64,000 nt of DNA from Candidatus Eiseniibacteriota bacterium (GCA_963703225.1 OY969801.1:2816001-2880000), one strand, 5' to 3'. Numbered from the stretch's first letter, positions 41,901 through 51,351 are shown. Notes: generated from the sequence alone by a model not told the origin. Numbers and translations are program-made.

Positions 41901-42586
41901 CCGAGGTCTGAATCGGTCGCGCTCGCACTGATCGACACGAACTCACCCTCAATGCAGTTTGCGGCCACTGGAGCGGAGATCTGCGGCTGACTATTGAGGG
42001 ATTCCGACCCGATTAGCCCACTGACGTCGAACCAATCAGAGTCGAGCTTGTATGTATTGTCGAAGTCGCTTCCGAGGCATGACGTTCCGAAGCCGGTGCG
42101 TTCCGGGCTTCCGGCGAAGGATGGTACGATCTGAATGCTGGGATTTCCTTCCGAGGCAGTAATCACAAGACTGCAGAGGAGGTACGGGCCCCCGGGGGCA
42201 AGAGGTGTCGTGCCTCCGTATCCGTTCTTGTAGTATCCATTTCCCGTGTTCAGTTCGCCGAAGGCAGCTCCCAACCGGGATTGCTGGTTCACAAAATCCG
42301 AGTAGGTGACGGATCCACCGACCGCTTCGAGAATCAGGCAATAGGAGACGACGTTCAATGAGTCAGATCCGGAGGCGCACTGAGCAGGGCTTCCATCAGC
42401 GTTGCGGTTCGTCGTCAAGTAGACATCCACGACCGTCGGCTCCTCAATCGAATTGAGGGCGTCCGCGCTGGTGTTGACCCCGTCGCCGTTGGCGTCGAGG
42501 TACATGTACTGGGAACGCGAGACCGACGGAAAACCAAGAACGACGAAACAAACGAGAATGGCGTGTAGGAGCCACCGCCTTGCCAT
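38978..42586 (-). CDS. Secreted S8 subtilisin-like serine peptidase with Ig-like domains and FlgD CTD
   Basis: Catalytic triad motifs VDTGID, GHGTHVA, GTSQAAP, plus AAAGN and QNAPNPFNP CTD. Confidence 0.9.
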   Translation of the reverse strand: MARRWLLHAILVCFVVLGFPSVSRSQYMYLDANGDGVNTSADALNSIEEPTVVDVYLTTNRNADGSPAQCASGSDSLNVVSYCLILEAVGGSVTYSDFVNQQSRLGAAFGELNTGNGYYKNGYGGTTPLAPGGPYLLCSLVITASEGNPSIQIVPSFAGSPERTGFGTSCLGSDFDNTYKLDSDWFDVSGLIGSESLNSQPQISAPVAANCIEGEFVSISASATDSDLGQSISMSPTGFPPTLALSRENSDPRSVTVTLSGTPRSGEAGRWTIRWVATDTGLPSRSAFATTILTVAGAGTPPLVSAPASVQASASAPVVFDVTVAPTDSLSVTGLSAGPLPFGAFFVPDPTRMRGKFSWSPNLSERGVFRITFRARTSGAVGESTTVITVTGAPGARRARVSPELRGLVRGDPRSERFLSRDAQGNAFVEAFGVGDVTTTDLEARGISVGARSGRIMTVRCPLDRIESLFDTPGLEAVVAPTQCQPMLDSSLVSERVAGLRTFYPPFKGQVGDSVVVGFVDTGIDVNHYDFRNVDGTTRLLGFWDQTVTGTPPPGLYGVEWTPALINAGLSGASKDVSGHGTHVAAIAAGNGQGGTACKDKGLYVGVAPEANLCAVKTNFTTTGIYDGVSYILGKASQLNRPVVVNLSLGTHDGPHDGTSLFDHAINGYTGAGKIVVAAAGNDAVSAVHATAIPHFVGDTATLTFDVDPYTPIAGLNILEISGWFDYNDSIEVTVITPNNFTVGPVAYHYQDTGLTDDGAVGLCVTGTCSNQIFSPPGDFRISIYDNGSHHPADGTWTVRIKLLKLESTTGRADLYMALGTFAARWDQETNSEGVVTEPATADSVIAVGAYTTRDCWRRAATITECEAHSLALGQIADFSSHGPRRDNVLKPDLAAPGGDVVSAKSADASFFVDQPQYVVEGGGHAVLWGTSQAAPQVAGAVALLLAQPDSLWKTATPSRIKARLQGTCRGDTDTGTLPNYTWGYGKLDVRAALAPVYSLSILHPSRGSYIGPSPDSITVLVGGQRADSVVFDLAVDSCRNYSIRIGRLLGVDPGTPRSLSFFADTTLSTSQASLRARAWAGDSLIANVSEAFFYLQSPTAVEVEPGPPPVALELLQNAPNPFNPVTVLRFQVGQAGPVTLRIYAVGGRVIRTLVRGSLPSGRFRVMWDGRDDRGSVVASGLYLSELVSGRQRATRKMNLLR

Positions 42587-42752
42587 TTCTACCTCCCCGC
42601 GCGATGCACAGCTCGACCCAGGTCAACAACCCCTTGGGATCGCCATCCAACGCAGTTGTGCGGCCTGTCGGGATTGGAGCGGACCGATGCGGGGCAAAGG
42701 TGCGATCAGGCGGTGGTCATGCCCCAAGAACTCAGGGCAGGTCGTGGCCTAG

Positions 42753-44573
42753 CTACTTTAGTACTGCGAGCTGCTGGGTGCCGCGGAAGTCACCGCACTC
42801 AAGTAGGGCGTAGTAGATTCCCGTGGAGACTACCATGCCTCGGTCGTCACGTCGGTCCCAGGCAAGCACCCGGCTGCCGCGAGATCCCACCTCGTTCACG
42901 AGCGAACGGACGAGCCGCCCCCTTGGGTCAAAAATCCGAACCGTGATCGCCTGGCCAGCCGCCCTGCTCGGAAGGAAGTACTCCATCCTCAGATCCGAAC
43001 TGTTGGCCACGGCGCGCGCCGTCCGAAATGCAAACCGTTCCGTCTCTGCGGCTTCGACTCCTTCCGCGGCTGCGGGAGGCGGCGTCACGAACATGTGGAA
43101 CACATAGTCCGACCTGGGAAAGACGACCCGTGGAGCCGAACGGGGAGACAGGAATGAACCTCGAACATCTGTCACCATGATGATGTACCTGAGCGGATCG
43201 GCGCCCCCACGTCTCCAACGCCGCGGCACCGTGTACCGGATGCTGGGGTTCGGGCCTCCGTTCGAGTTGTCGTTAAAGGCCACGGCCCGTCCCGCCTCAT
43301 CCAGGAGAAGCATCACAAGGTCGAGGTTCGTCGTCTGACTCTCGTTCGACAAGGCCGCCCCAGCCTGGATGACGTCTCCTGCCCGGGCGTCAAACGTGAA
43401 GAAATCCTTGTCACCGGCGGGCCAGTAGGTCTCGAATCGGAGCTCGACCGGCGGGGTGATGAGGGTGGCCTCTTCGGCGGCGCCGTTTGGTTCATCCGCG
43501 TCGTCTGCGGAGGGCCGTGCCAGTCCGGGTATGAAGAGACTAGTGATCGTCACGCTGGAGGTTGAGGCTCGGCGCCCTCGCCGGTCAACGGCCTGCGTTG
43601 TCCAGATGTAGACGGCGTTCGGAATGGAGTGCGCGATGATTGACCGCACGCCAGGCCCCGCTGAGGCGAATGGTGCCCAAGGCCCGAACGGTCCGCGATA
43701 CAGCAGGTCCGTCCGACGCGACGACCCGAACGCCGCTCGTGCTCCTCGAGCCCGCTCTTCACCAGATGGCAGGAATGTAAACTCAGTCTTGTCTCCGAGA
43801 CGGCGATTGGCACCGAGGTTCGAGCTGGGGGGTACCGTCGAAGCGCCCTTGACCCCCGGCTTGCAGTACATGCTCACGATGATATTGCGGTCGATCGACA
43901 ACGTCGTGAACCCGTTGGGGGGGACATCATAGGAATTCGCGAACAGCCCGCGATCCAGATCGGTGTAGTCCATCCTCATGAAGGGGTAGTCGTTCGGAAA
44001 GGTCGCTGTCACACTGGACGGAAACTCCACGCACCAGTAAAACGTCTTGCCGGAATCCGCGACGGAAATGTTGACCGGGATCTCGTTTATCCCGTCAGCG
44101 CTGCCCACGTAAGACGTGATCTGAAATAACGGCGAATTGACATTCGGGAATCCCGGAAACGGCCCAGCCTCGCACAGTCGTACGCTGGGGAAGATCGCAG
44201 GAACCCCATTCATGGTCAGTGATGGAAAGGCGATCCTGGTGATCGTGTAGGGAGGGTCAAGAGGAGGGTCGAACCGCACGGCCTTAAAGCCCGTGTTTCG
44301 GAACGTTACCTGATCCTCGTACTCCCCATACTGGGCGATTTCGATCTCTTCCCGAGAGGCTGGCCGACAGTGTCTGGGCTGGGCGCCGCCCCTTCCCCCG
44401 GGCCGGGTGTCGACCTTATCAACACCCAGAGGGGTAATCTCTGCGGGGATGTACTCGGGGTGCCTGGGCTGGGGGGTGGGGTTCTCCCGCAAGGAGGCGT
44501 CGGCTTGCACTCCGATGCCGAGCACCAAGAACACAAAGAAAAGGATGATGGAATAGAGGGCTGACCTTGTCAT
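42753..44573 (-). CDS. Secreted protein with PPC-like domain and FlgD CTD
   Basis: Signal peptide, DADEPN...GDKDFFTF...LDLVMLLLD...AFNDN, IFDPRGRLVR...WD...TGIYY. Confidence 0.75.
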   Translation of the reverse strand: MTRSALYSIILFFVFLVLGIGVQADASLRENPTPQPRHPEYIPAEITPLGVDKVDTRPGGRGGAQPRHCRPASREEIEIAQYGEYEDQVTFRNTGFKAVRFDPPLDPPYTITRIAFPSLTMNGVPAIFPSVRLCEAGPFPGFPNVNSPLFQITSYVGSADGINEIPVNISVADSGKTFYWCVEFPSSVTATFPNDYPFMRMDYTDLDRGLFANSYDVPPNGFTTLSIDRNIIVSMYCKPGVKGASTVPPSSNLGANRRLGDKTEFTFLPSGEERARGARAAFGSSRRTDLLYRGPFGPWAPFASAGPGVRSIIAHSIPNAVYIWTTQAVDRRGRRASTSSVTITSLFIPGLARPSADDADEPNGAAEEATLITPPVELRFETYWPAGDKDFFTFDARAGDVIQAGAALSNESQTTNLDLVMLLLDEAGRAVAFNDNSNGGPNPSIRYTVPRRWRRGGADPLRYIIMVTDVRGSFLSPRSAPRVVFPRSDYVFHMFVTPPPAAAEGVEAAETERFAFRTARAVANSSDLRMEYFLPSRAAGQAITVRIFDPRGRLVRSLVNEVGSRGSRVLAWDRRDDRGMVVSTGIYYALLECGDFRGTQQLAVLK

Positions 44574-44814
44574 GGTCGATCTCCACTTGCGGGCGGGCTT
44601 TTGCGGCATTCAGCGGAACCAGCGAGCTCTCGAATATGCCCGGGCTCGGTCGCTGCAGAGGCTTCTTCGGAGCGCTAGACGCCGCGGACTGGGGGTGGGT
44701 ACGACGCAGGGAAATCGCCCGTGCCACCTAACACGCACAAACGGCTTGGGACGTCCGATTGCGCGCCCACCAACAGCATATATGATACCACCATTCACAT
44801 TCTAGTGCAAGGGA

Positions 44815-45175
44815 CTAGCCGGAGGATGTACTTCGTGTAGGCGAAGCCGTAACCCTCCGAATGATAAGCCCATTCAGCATCGTCCCATCGGGAAGGTAGA
44901 CGTACCGAAGGAGTCGCCCATACTTGTCCCGATTCGTGCACTCGGGATCGTCTTCGAGGCGGACTGACTTGCCGTTAGCCATTCGTTTTGTGAACGCGGA
45001 GGCCTCCTTGCCGAAATACTCCACGGGTCGATTCGGGTGGACCGTCTCTGGGGTGTCGACTCCGATCAGCCGCACTGTCTCCGTGCTCCCACCAATCTTG
45101 ACCTTGATCGTGTCGCCATCGACGATCTTTACGACCTTCCCGCGCTCGTCGGCGAACGCGAGCGCGGGGAGCACG
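44815..45175 (-). pseudogene. Thermonuclease (SNase-like) fragment
   Basis: VVKIVDGDTIKV, VRLIGVDTPE, DKYGRLLRYVY. Frameshifted and truncated at the C-terminus. Confidence 0.75.
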
Positions 45176-45177
45176 CT

Positions 45178-45553
45178 TTCGCTCGTATGTTGTCGACCGC
45201 CACACATCAAATACAGGAGTGACGACCACCACTTCAAACTTGCCCGTGTCCACAGTCTCGCTGACGTAGTACGGATCTGTATCCAACTTGGGTGTCCCAG
45301 CCACGATCTTCAGCGAGTCAATGGGAAAGGGCATTCGTGACGCGACGGGCAACAGCGAGTCACTCGGTGGAGACTCCTCACGAACCCTTAATCGGGCTTC
45401 GGCGACTACGGCCCCGGCTTCTGTTATCAGCACACTCCCTGAAATCCCGGGACCGCCTTGCGCGGTGAAGTCACCAAAGGTGTTAATCGCTATGACCGCG
45501 CCGTCCATGTTGAGCAGGGGACCGCCCGAATTGCCGTGATTAATGTTCACGTC
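45178..45553 (-). pseudogene. Trypsin-like (HtrA-type) serine protease internal fragment
   Basis: INHGNSGGPLLNMDGAVIAINT, with no N-terminal part. Confidence 0.7.
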
Positions 45554-45573
45554 AGAAATAATGGCGGTCGCTT

Positions 45574-45651
45574 CTTCAGACCCTCACGGCAACGGACCTT
45601 GACGGCGATCCTCTTTCATTCGCAATGGTGTCGGGGCCCTCGTACATGACG
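45574..45651 (+). pseudogene. Ig/cadherin-like domain fragment
   Basis: LQTLTATDLDGDPLSFAMVSGPSYMT. Confidence 0.45.
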
Positions 45652-45654
45652 AAT

Positions 45655-45785
45655 GCTCCCAGATTCGCTAGACACCCGAGGAGCTAGTTTGAAGCTCCGT
45701 CCGGTACTCGGCCGGGCTCCGCATGCCGAGCGCCGAGGGCGGCGCGCCCGAGTATTGTAGTCCTCGATCCAGTCCCCGAGCTGCA
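45655..45785 (-). mobile_element. IS3-family transposase C-terminal remnant
   Basis: QLGDWIEDYNTRA, then a frameshift, then SALGMRSPAEYR. Confidence 0.6.
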
Positions 45786-45804
45786 GCAGCACCGATTCGG
45801 CGTA

Positions 45805-46293
45805 TCACGGCTCCTTTGCCCGCCATTCCTTCCCATCGAATTGGAGAAAACGACCGTGATGCAGTACCACGTCGCCAGGTCGGCGACTCTCCAGCCACTC
45901 AGCGTGATGTTGACGAAGACGACCGTGGAGTGGGCTAGACTCGCCAACGGTGACCCAGTTGAATTGGTTCGAGGCTAGCTCGAGCATGCTTGCCGGCGCC
46001 GCGGGCGATTCGTTGGGTCGCACGTTGCTTCGAGACAATCGCTGAAACACGTCTCGAAACCAGGAGAAGGGTCCCGGCCTGGGCTTCATGAACATGACGA
46101 TATACCAAGCGTGATCCTGCTCATCAACAGTCACTCCATCGTGTTCGTGTTCATCGAGTCGCCTCCTGACTTCCGACGTTGTCAAATTCCCGCGAATGTC
46201 CTTTGCGATTTCAGCTTCGTCCGGCAGATCCGCTAGGAGCCGGCCGAAGTCCGCCTTCGTCAACTGGAAGAGGCTTGTTCTCCCGTTCGGCAT
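45805..46293 (-). CDS. Hypothetical protein (possibly truncated)
   Basis: 162-aa ORF with protein-like composition and no recognised motif. Confidence 0.4.
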   Translation of the reverse strand: MPNGRTSLFQLTKADFGRLLADLPDEAEIAKDIRGNLTTSEVRRRLDEHEHDGVTVDEQDHAWYIVMFMKPRPGPFSWFRDVFQRLSRSNVRPNESPAAPASMLELASNQFNWVTVGESSPLHGRLRQHHAEWLESRRPGDVVLHHGRFLQFDGKEWRAKEP

Positions 46294-46389
46294 CGCTCGC
46301 TCCGCTTTCTACGCGCCAGCGCTCTAGTGGCCGTTGGTGTCTAGGAAACGTAGCACTCTCCGGATGCCCATGGGGCCGCAGATTCAGAG

Positions 46390-46907
46390 TGCGTCTTTCC
46401 TCCATAGGACGACTGCTGGACAGTTGCGCGCGCAATGGAGGACAAGCTCGCGCACTTCTGGCGCCAAGCGGCATTTCAGCGGCATGTTTTGGGCCCAAAT
46501 TCGCGCTTCGAATGCACCGGCGCGAGCGAAGCACTGCCCGTAGCCGCCAGCTGTTTGCGCATTTGCGCCGAATTGTGACGAACTCCCCATGCGGCATACC
46601 CCTCTCCGAGGGCGCAAAACATGCCGCATGAATGCACCGAGGCGGCCCCAAACCCTCGCATTTCTGCACCGAGAGGGCCGAAACCGCGCCCATTTCCGCA
46701 CCCACGCGGCCCAAGGGCCTACCATTTCTGCACCGGCGGGAAGTTGGCCGAAGGGCGCGAGATCTACGCCCTTGGGCGCCCTGTCGCGCCCACGGCGCGC
46801 CGTGTGAATCGCTCGCGTGTGCGCGTGTAAGGCGGAGAATCCGGTCCCAATTCCGCCATCTCCACCATTCCCCTTGATGTCCACCACACGCGAGCGAACA
46901 TGGAGTC
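46390..46907 (+). repeat. Conserved recombinase leader, copy 2 (uninterrupted, ~520 bp)
   Basis: gcacc boxes at 46634, 46666, 46698 and 46730. Inverted repeats catgcggcat/atgccgcatg and aagggcg/cgccctt. Palindrome ttgcgcgcgcaa. Confidence 0.85.
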
Positions 46908-47510
46908 ATGTTCATCCGAGTTCCTGATCCCCCGAAGACGCTCTCGGCCGAGGAGCAGGCACGCCTTCTCGAGGTGGTCGCCCGTCATGGATCCCGCCGG
47001 GATCTGGCCCTCCTGACCCTGGCCCTCGGCACGGGCCTTCGCCTACGTGAGCTCGTGGGCCTCAACGTGGGCGACGTGACGACGAGGGCGGGCGAGGTTG
47101 CTTGGAAGGTCGACCTGCCGAAGAAGATCACCAAGGGGCGTCGTGGGGGCGTGGCGTTTCTGTCGGAGAAGGTGAGGTCGGCGCTGGCGGACTATCTCGC
47201 GTCGAAGCGGGCGATCGGGCTGTCGATGTCCCAGAAGACGCCGCTCTTCCAGTCGAGCCAGACCGACCGGCTCTCGCTCCGTCGCGTGCAGACAATCTTC
47301 GTCCACTGGCAGCGCGAGGCGGGCTTCGAGACGATCTACAACTTCCACACCCTGCGGCACTCCGCGATCACGAACGTCTACCGAGCCACGAAGGACCTCT
47401 TCCTCACCCAGCGCTTCGCCCGGCACGCCAATCCCATCACGACCGTCGCGTACACCCACCCGAGCGACGAGGAGCTGTATGAGGCGATGCGGCTTGATTT
47501 AGGTGACTAA
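46908..47510 (+). CDS. Short tyrosine recombinase (catalytic domain only), intact copy
   Basis: R (GLRLREL), K (TKG), HxxR (HTLR), H (ARHAN) and Y (AYTH) are all present in 200 aa. No N-terminal core-binding domain. Confidence 0.9.
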   Translation: MFIRVPDPPKTLSAEEQARLLEVVARHGSRRDLALLTLALGTGLRLRELVGLNVGDVTTRAGEVAWKVDLPKKITKGRRGGVAFLSEKVRSALADYLASKRAIGLSMSQKTPLFQSSQTDRLSLRRVQTIFVHWQREAGFETIYNFHTLRHSAITNVYRATKDLFLTQRFARHANPITTVAYTHPSDEELYEAMRLDLGD

Positions 47511-48008
47511 CCTGCTCAAGCTTGCCACAAATGCCCCCGGCTCAGCCGCCGGCCCGTCCCCGTAGTTCACGTGTAACTGGGCCCTTCCCTTTGCCCAGGT
47601 CCATTCCCCTATGACAGTTCTGTCTTCGTCCTCCAAACCTAGAGATAGCTCCAACGTGAAATACCGAATCCTCCACCGGGCTCTCCCGAAGGGCCATCGT
47701 CGTTTCTCTTGCCTAAAGACAACGGCTACCAGATGCGCGTCGGCCAGCTCGACCGGGGCTGGAATCTCAATCAGTACGGCCGAATAGTTCTCGACCGCAT
47801 CCACAGGTAGCACTCTCAGGCCTGCCGAAGAACACCTCTCGGGCTCTTCCAGCTGCCCCCCACAGCGTTCCCACATGCCCTCGACGTATGCCTGCGCGTT
47901 TGGCCCTGCCAGGATAAGGTGAAGATCGGGAAGCTGGAATACGCAGTCTCGGAGGTAATGATGCGCGAAGGCCCGGTTGTGCGTGATTGAGGCTTCGATC
48001 GATTCCAT
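47499..48008 (-). CDS. Hypothetical protein (cargo)
   Basis: Convergent ORF overlapping the recombinase stop. RYFTLE...VIGEW...HVNYG. Confidence 0.6.
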   Translation of the reverse strand: MESIEASITHNRAFAHHYLRDCVFQLPDLHLILAGPNAQAYVEGMWERCGGQLEEPERCSSAGLRVLPVDAVENYSAVLIEIPAPVELADAHLVAVVFRQEKRRWPFGRARWRIRYFTLELSLGLEDEDRTVIGEWTWAKGRAQLHVNYGDGPAAEPGAFVASLSRLVT

Positions 48009-48081
48009 GCGGCCCGGGCGTTTCCGGTGAGCTGTCTGCGATTGGGAAGGCGCATCAATCGTACACAGGAATCGTCCCTTC

Positions 48082-48228
48082 CGCCACACGGCCATCACAA
48101 ACGTCTACCGGGCCGCGAAGGACCTCTTCCTCACACAGCGGTTTGCCCGCCACGCGAACCCTATCACGACCGTCGCGTACACGCACCCTAGTGACGATGA
48201 GCTGTACTCGGCGATCATCGGAATCTAA
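48082..48228 (+). repeat. Orphan recombinase 3' end (147 bp)
   Basis: [48 protein letters not shown]. Confidence 0.9.
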
Positions 48229-48245
48229 CTCCACCGTAGCCATCG

Positions 48246-49916
48246 CTACTTCACTTCCAGCTCCAGCGCATTGCTCAGAAGCTTGCATGGCGTGCTTTGC
48301 TGCAACAAGCGCAGGGCATTAGGATCGTGGGCGCCTAGCGGCGAGCCTCCCCAGGCCAGGTGCGGTCGGTTCTCGTACGATAGCCGAAACTGATAGCGGT
48401 GCGACTTCCCATAGCGGTAGTACTCGGGAACTGCAGTGGTAAACTTTCTTTGCGCTCCGGGGGGGAGCCTGAATACCTCGCCCGCGCGGAGCGGGTTGAT
48501 GTTCCCGCACAGAGCGAGTGGCGTTCGCTTGAGGGGCGGCCCACCGGCCTCACGAACCTCCCAATCCATAAGCGGCGTTCTCCATCCCCAATAGCTCCCG
48601 TCGCCCGGTAGAACGAGTGTTACGGTGTCGCGGTCCGTGTTATGGAGCGTCACCTCGATCCAATCCGGCGGCCAACGTTTCTTGGTACGGTGAACCGTCT
48701 TGCCGGCAACGGACCGGATGGAGAGTTTGATCGTGGAATCGGCCCGGGTCACGGTGGTCTGAGGCGCGATGAGTATCTCGAGAGTGGTGTCCGTCGTAGC
48801 GGTGACTCCATGCACCTTGACTACCGTTTCACGGTTCTCTGGATCGTGGGTCGCCAAGTCGTAACGTCGATCCGCCTCGAGGATGAACCTGAAGTCTCCC
48901 TGAGGGCCCGTGAGAATCGCCGCCCCTTGGTCGTCACCCTCGATCATCTTGACCAAGACAGTGATTCCCGGCACCGGCTCATTTGTGCCGATTCGCCGGA
49001 TCGTTCCAGCCCACTCGATCCCGGAGAGGTTACAGTCGACCGAGGTGGGTTCGGTGATTGTCATTGGGCCCACGACGCGAGGCATGATGAAGAACGGATG
49101 GGGAGGACGGAACCAGAGCCTGTACGAGCCTGGGGGGACGAAGAGCTGATAATTGCCATCTGTCGTCGTTCGCTTCTGTACAGTGTAGTTGTAGTTTGCT
49201 CCCCGGGCCATTACCGCGACGTCCCTCATTGGGAGGCCGTCGGGCCCCAGAACTCGCCCCGAAATCTGAATCCCATCCAATTGGAAATCGATGGTTGTAT
49301 CGGCGGTGACCGATACGGATTCCTTTCTTCCAGGAGAAAACCCGGACCAGTAGTTGGCGGCCACTGCGTAAAATGAATACCTGCCGGCGGGCAGAAGCAG
49401 CGAATAGCTTCCCCGTTTGAGCAAGGATGTCGCCCTGCTGTACCTGGGAGCAATGAGAGATGCGGTTATCCGCGCGCTGTCGACCAACGCGCCATTCGGC
49501 GCCACGACTCTGCCCGTGATGTGGTATCCGCTGAAAGTGAAGTCGACCCGGGTACGGATATCTGAAACCGTCGCCCGCTCGCTATGCGCCAGGAGCCCAT
49601 TCTCGATCGTAGGCTCGATTTCCACCTCATAAGTGCCTGAGATCAGCCGAACTGAGTAGGTGCCCGACGAGTCAGCGATCGCGTACGCATGGTCATTGAG
49701 CCCAGGCTCGCGAGACGTGAAGAAGAGAGTAGTGCCGGGCAATGGCTTGCTCGGAGAGACGGTGACTCGGCCCACAACGGTGATTTTCGATCGGAGCGCG
49801 GTCGGCACCCTTGTGCATGAGAGCGCGACAAGAGTCCCGGTCATGAGCAATATCATGCGCCTGACCGCACGGCCCTTCCAGAATTGAGGCGGATACCGAT
49901 CGCCTTGCGGGTTCAT
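48246..49916 (-). CDS. Probable lipoprotein with carboxypeptidase-regulatory-like (transthyretin-fold) repeats
   Basis: LVALSC lipobox-like sequence and repeated xGRVxxPxG...GxY...GxY beta-sandwich units. Confidence 0.7.
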   Translation of the reverse strand: MNPQGDRYPPQFWKGRAVRRMILLMTGTLVALSCTRVPTALRSKITVVGRVTVSPSKPLPGTTLFFTSREPGLNDHAYAIADSSGTYSVRLISGTYEVEIEPTIENGLLAHSERATVSDIRTRVDFTFSGYHITGRVVAPNGALVDSARITASLIAPRYSRATSLLKRGSYSLLLPAGRYSFYAVAANYWSGFSPGRKESVSVTADTTIDFQLDGIQISGRVLGPDGLPMRDVAVMARGANYNYTVQKRTTTDGNYQLFVPPGSYRLWFRPPHPFFIMPRVVGPMTITEPTSVDCNLSGIEWAGTIRRIGTNEPVPGITVLVKMIEGDDQGAAILTGPQGDFRFILEADRRYDLATHDPENRETVVKVHGVTATTDTTLEILIAPQTTVTRADSTIKLSIRSVAGKTVHRTKKRWPPDWIEVTLHNTDRDTVTLVLPGDGSYWGWRTPLMDWEVREAGGPPLKRTPLALCGNINPLRAGEVFRLPPGAQRKFTTAVPEYYRYGKSHRYQFRLSYENRPHLAWGGSPLGAHDPNALRLLQQSTPCKLLSNALELEVK

Positions 49917-50000
49917 GCGGGATCCTTGCGCTGCTTGGGGAGCGGCGAGGCCTTTGGAGGGGGCAGATGTAAGGCTATCACTTCCCGGGCGATCCGTCGA

Positions 50001-50094
50001 CCAGCACTCCGCCCGGCATGCCAATCCGATCACGACGGCTGCTTACACTCACCCGAGCGACGAGGAGCTTTACTCGGCGATCTCGCCCCTCTGA
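50001..50094 (+). repeat. Orphan recombinase 3' end (94 bp)
   Basis: [30 protein letters not shown]. Confidence 0.85.
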
Positions 50095-50603
50095 GGCGCC
50101 ATCTGGCCCAGAGCACGCAGGGTCGCCTCGATCGGTGACCCGTACTCCCATCGTCCCTGACCCAACTGGCCGTAAATCGAGCCCGCGAGTCGAAGGCTCG
50201 TCGCGCGCAGGTCTCCGAGACGCCTCGGATCCGTGAGGTCGAAATGGGCCTCGTCGGTCATCACGTTCATCGACCCAAGGACAACGCGGCTCCCCGTCCT
50301 CCCGATCGCTACCGGCTCCATCGCGGCGATCTCGGCCGCCGCAGCCTCCGCGTTCACCCCAACACGTTCCAGCATCCACGTGATCTCGGGCAACAGCCGC
50401 GTCGCCAGGGTCCGGTACTCGCGGGCGGGAAGGATCACGGGAAGCAGAGTCCGTTCGCTCACACAGAGTACGAAGCGCGTTCGCCCGATGTTCAAGGCGT
50501 TCGCGTACCAGTCCCCGAGACGATTGGTGGGGCGGGCATCGTCCGATGATGGTGCGACTCGAAGCTGGCGCAGCAGCTTCCGAGTGCAACGTAGTGTGGC
50601 CAC
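50070..50603 (-). CDS. DUF6933-like protein
   Basis: LRCTRKLL...LGDWYAN...LCVSERTLLPVILP...RVVLGSMN. Confidence 0.65.
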   Translation of the reverse strand: MATLRCTRKLLRQLRVAPSSDDARPTNRLGDWYANALNIGRTRFVLCVSERTLLPVILPAREYRTLATRLLPEITWMLERVGVNAEAAAAEIAAMEPVAIGRTGSRVVLGSMNVMTDEAHFDLTDPRRLGDLRATSLRLAGSIYGQLGQGRWEYGSPIEATLRALGQMAPQRGEIAE

Positions 50604-50749
50604 CTCGAGTATCTTAGCTCATCCGGACGGGGGCGGTCCGATCAACAGCCACGCCTCAGATCGGGGCGGCTCTGGCCAAACTGATCCGGCATGGTCTACA
50701 GTTTGTGGGTAACGGCTCTGTTCATTGTGAACCCGTTGAGGAGACCCCA

Positions 50750-51064
50750 ATGAGTGGCCCTCGTAATTCGATCAGCCACGAGATTGCTGTCGTCCGGCGC
50801 TCCCTATCCGCCCTCGACAAAGCTCTCTCGCGGCTAGCCGCCCGAGCCAGGACGACTGTGGGAAATGCGTCACAAACAGCAGTGCGCCCTCGCCGCAAAC
50901 TCAGGCTCTCCCCGAGCCGGCGCAAAGCGCTCCAGCTCCACGGCAAGTACATGGGCTATATCCGCCAGCTCAAGCCCCGGGCGAAGGCGAAGGTTCGAGC
51001 CCTACGGATGCGTAAGGGCCTGAAGGCCGCCATCGCCAAGGCGCGGAAACTCGCGGCCACCTGA
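50750..51064 (+). CDS. Small basic hypothetical protein
   Basis: gaggag RBS, Arg/Lys-rich, LHGKYMGYIRQL. Confidence 0.6.
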   Translation: MSGPRNSISHEIAVVRRSLSALDKALSRLAARARTTVGNASQTAVRPRRKLRLSPSRRKALQLHGKYMGYIRQLKPRAKAKVRALRMRKGLKAAIAKARKLAAT

Positions 51065-51078
51065 GAGGAGGCTCACAA

Positions 51079-51270
51079 ATGGACGACACCAAAGCGATTG
51101 AATCACTAACCCGCGAGATGGAGCTGACCCGGAATGAGATGGCGGCCCTTACCGACGCCATCAACCGACTGAATCACACGACGGAGGGCGCGACGGCAGG
51201 TACCAATCGCTTGGCGGCGACAATCGAGGTAGCGCGTAAGCGCGGATTCTGGCAGCGGCTGGCGGGCTGA
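51079..51270 (+). CDS. Small coiled-coil hypothetical protein
   Basis: ggagg RBS, ends RGFWQRLAG. Confidence 0.55.
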   Translation: MDDTKAIESLTREMELTRNEMAALTDAINRLNHTTEGATAGTNRLAATIEVARKRGFWQRLAG

Positions 51271-51351
51271 CCCTCTCGAAATCGTCTGCCGGTAGCCTCT
51301 AGCGCAGCCTCACAACACGCTGGCCGTGCCGAGTCCAACGGCCTCGATGGG

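Noticed and set aside
44815..44855. Possible inverted recombinase tail (FAYT...)
   Set aside because: It reads GYGFAYTKY, which fits the frameshifted thermonuclease C-terminus.
46630..46740. 32-bp periodic boxes as a CRISPR array
   Set aside because: The conserved part is only about 12 bp, the period is too short for repeat plus spacer, and no cas genes are present.
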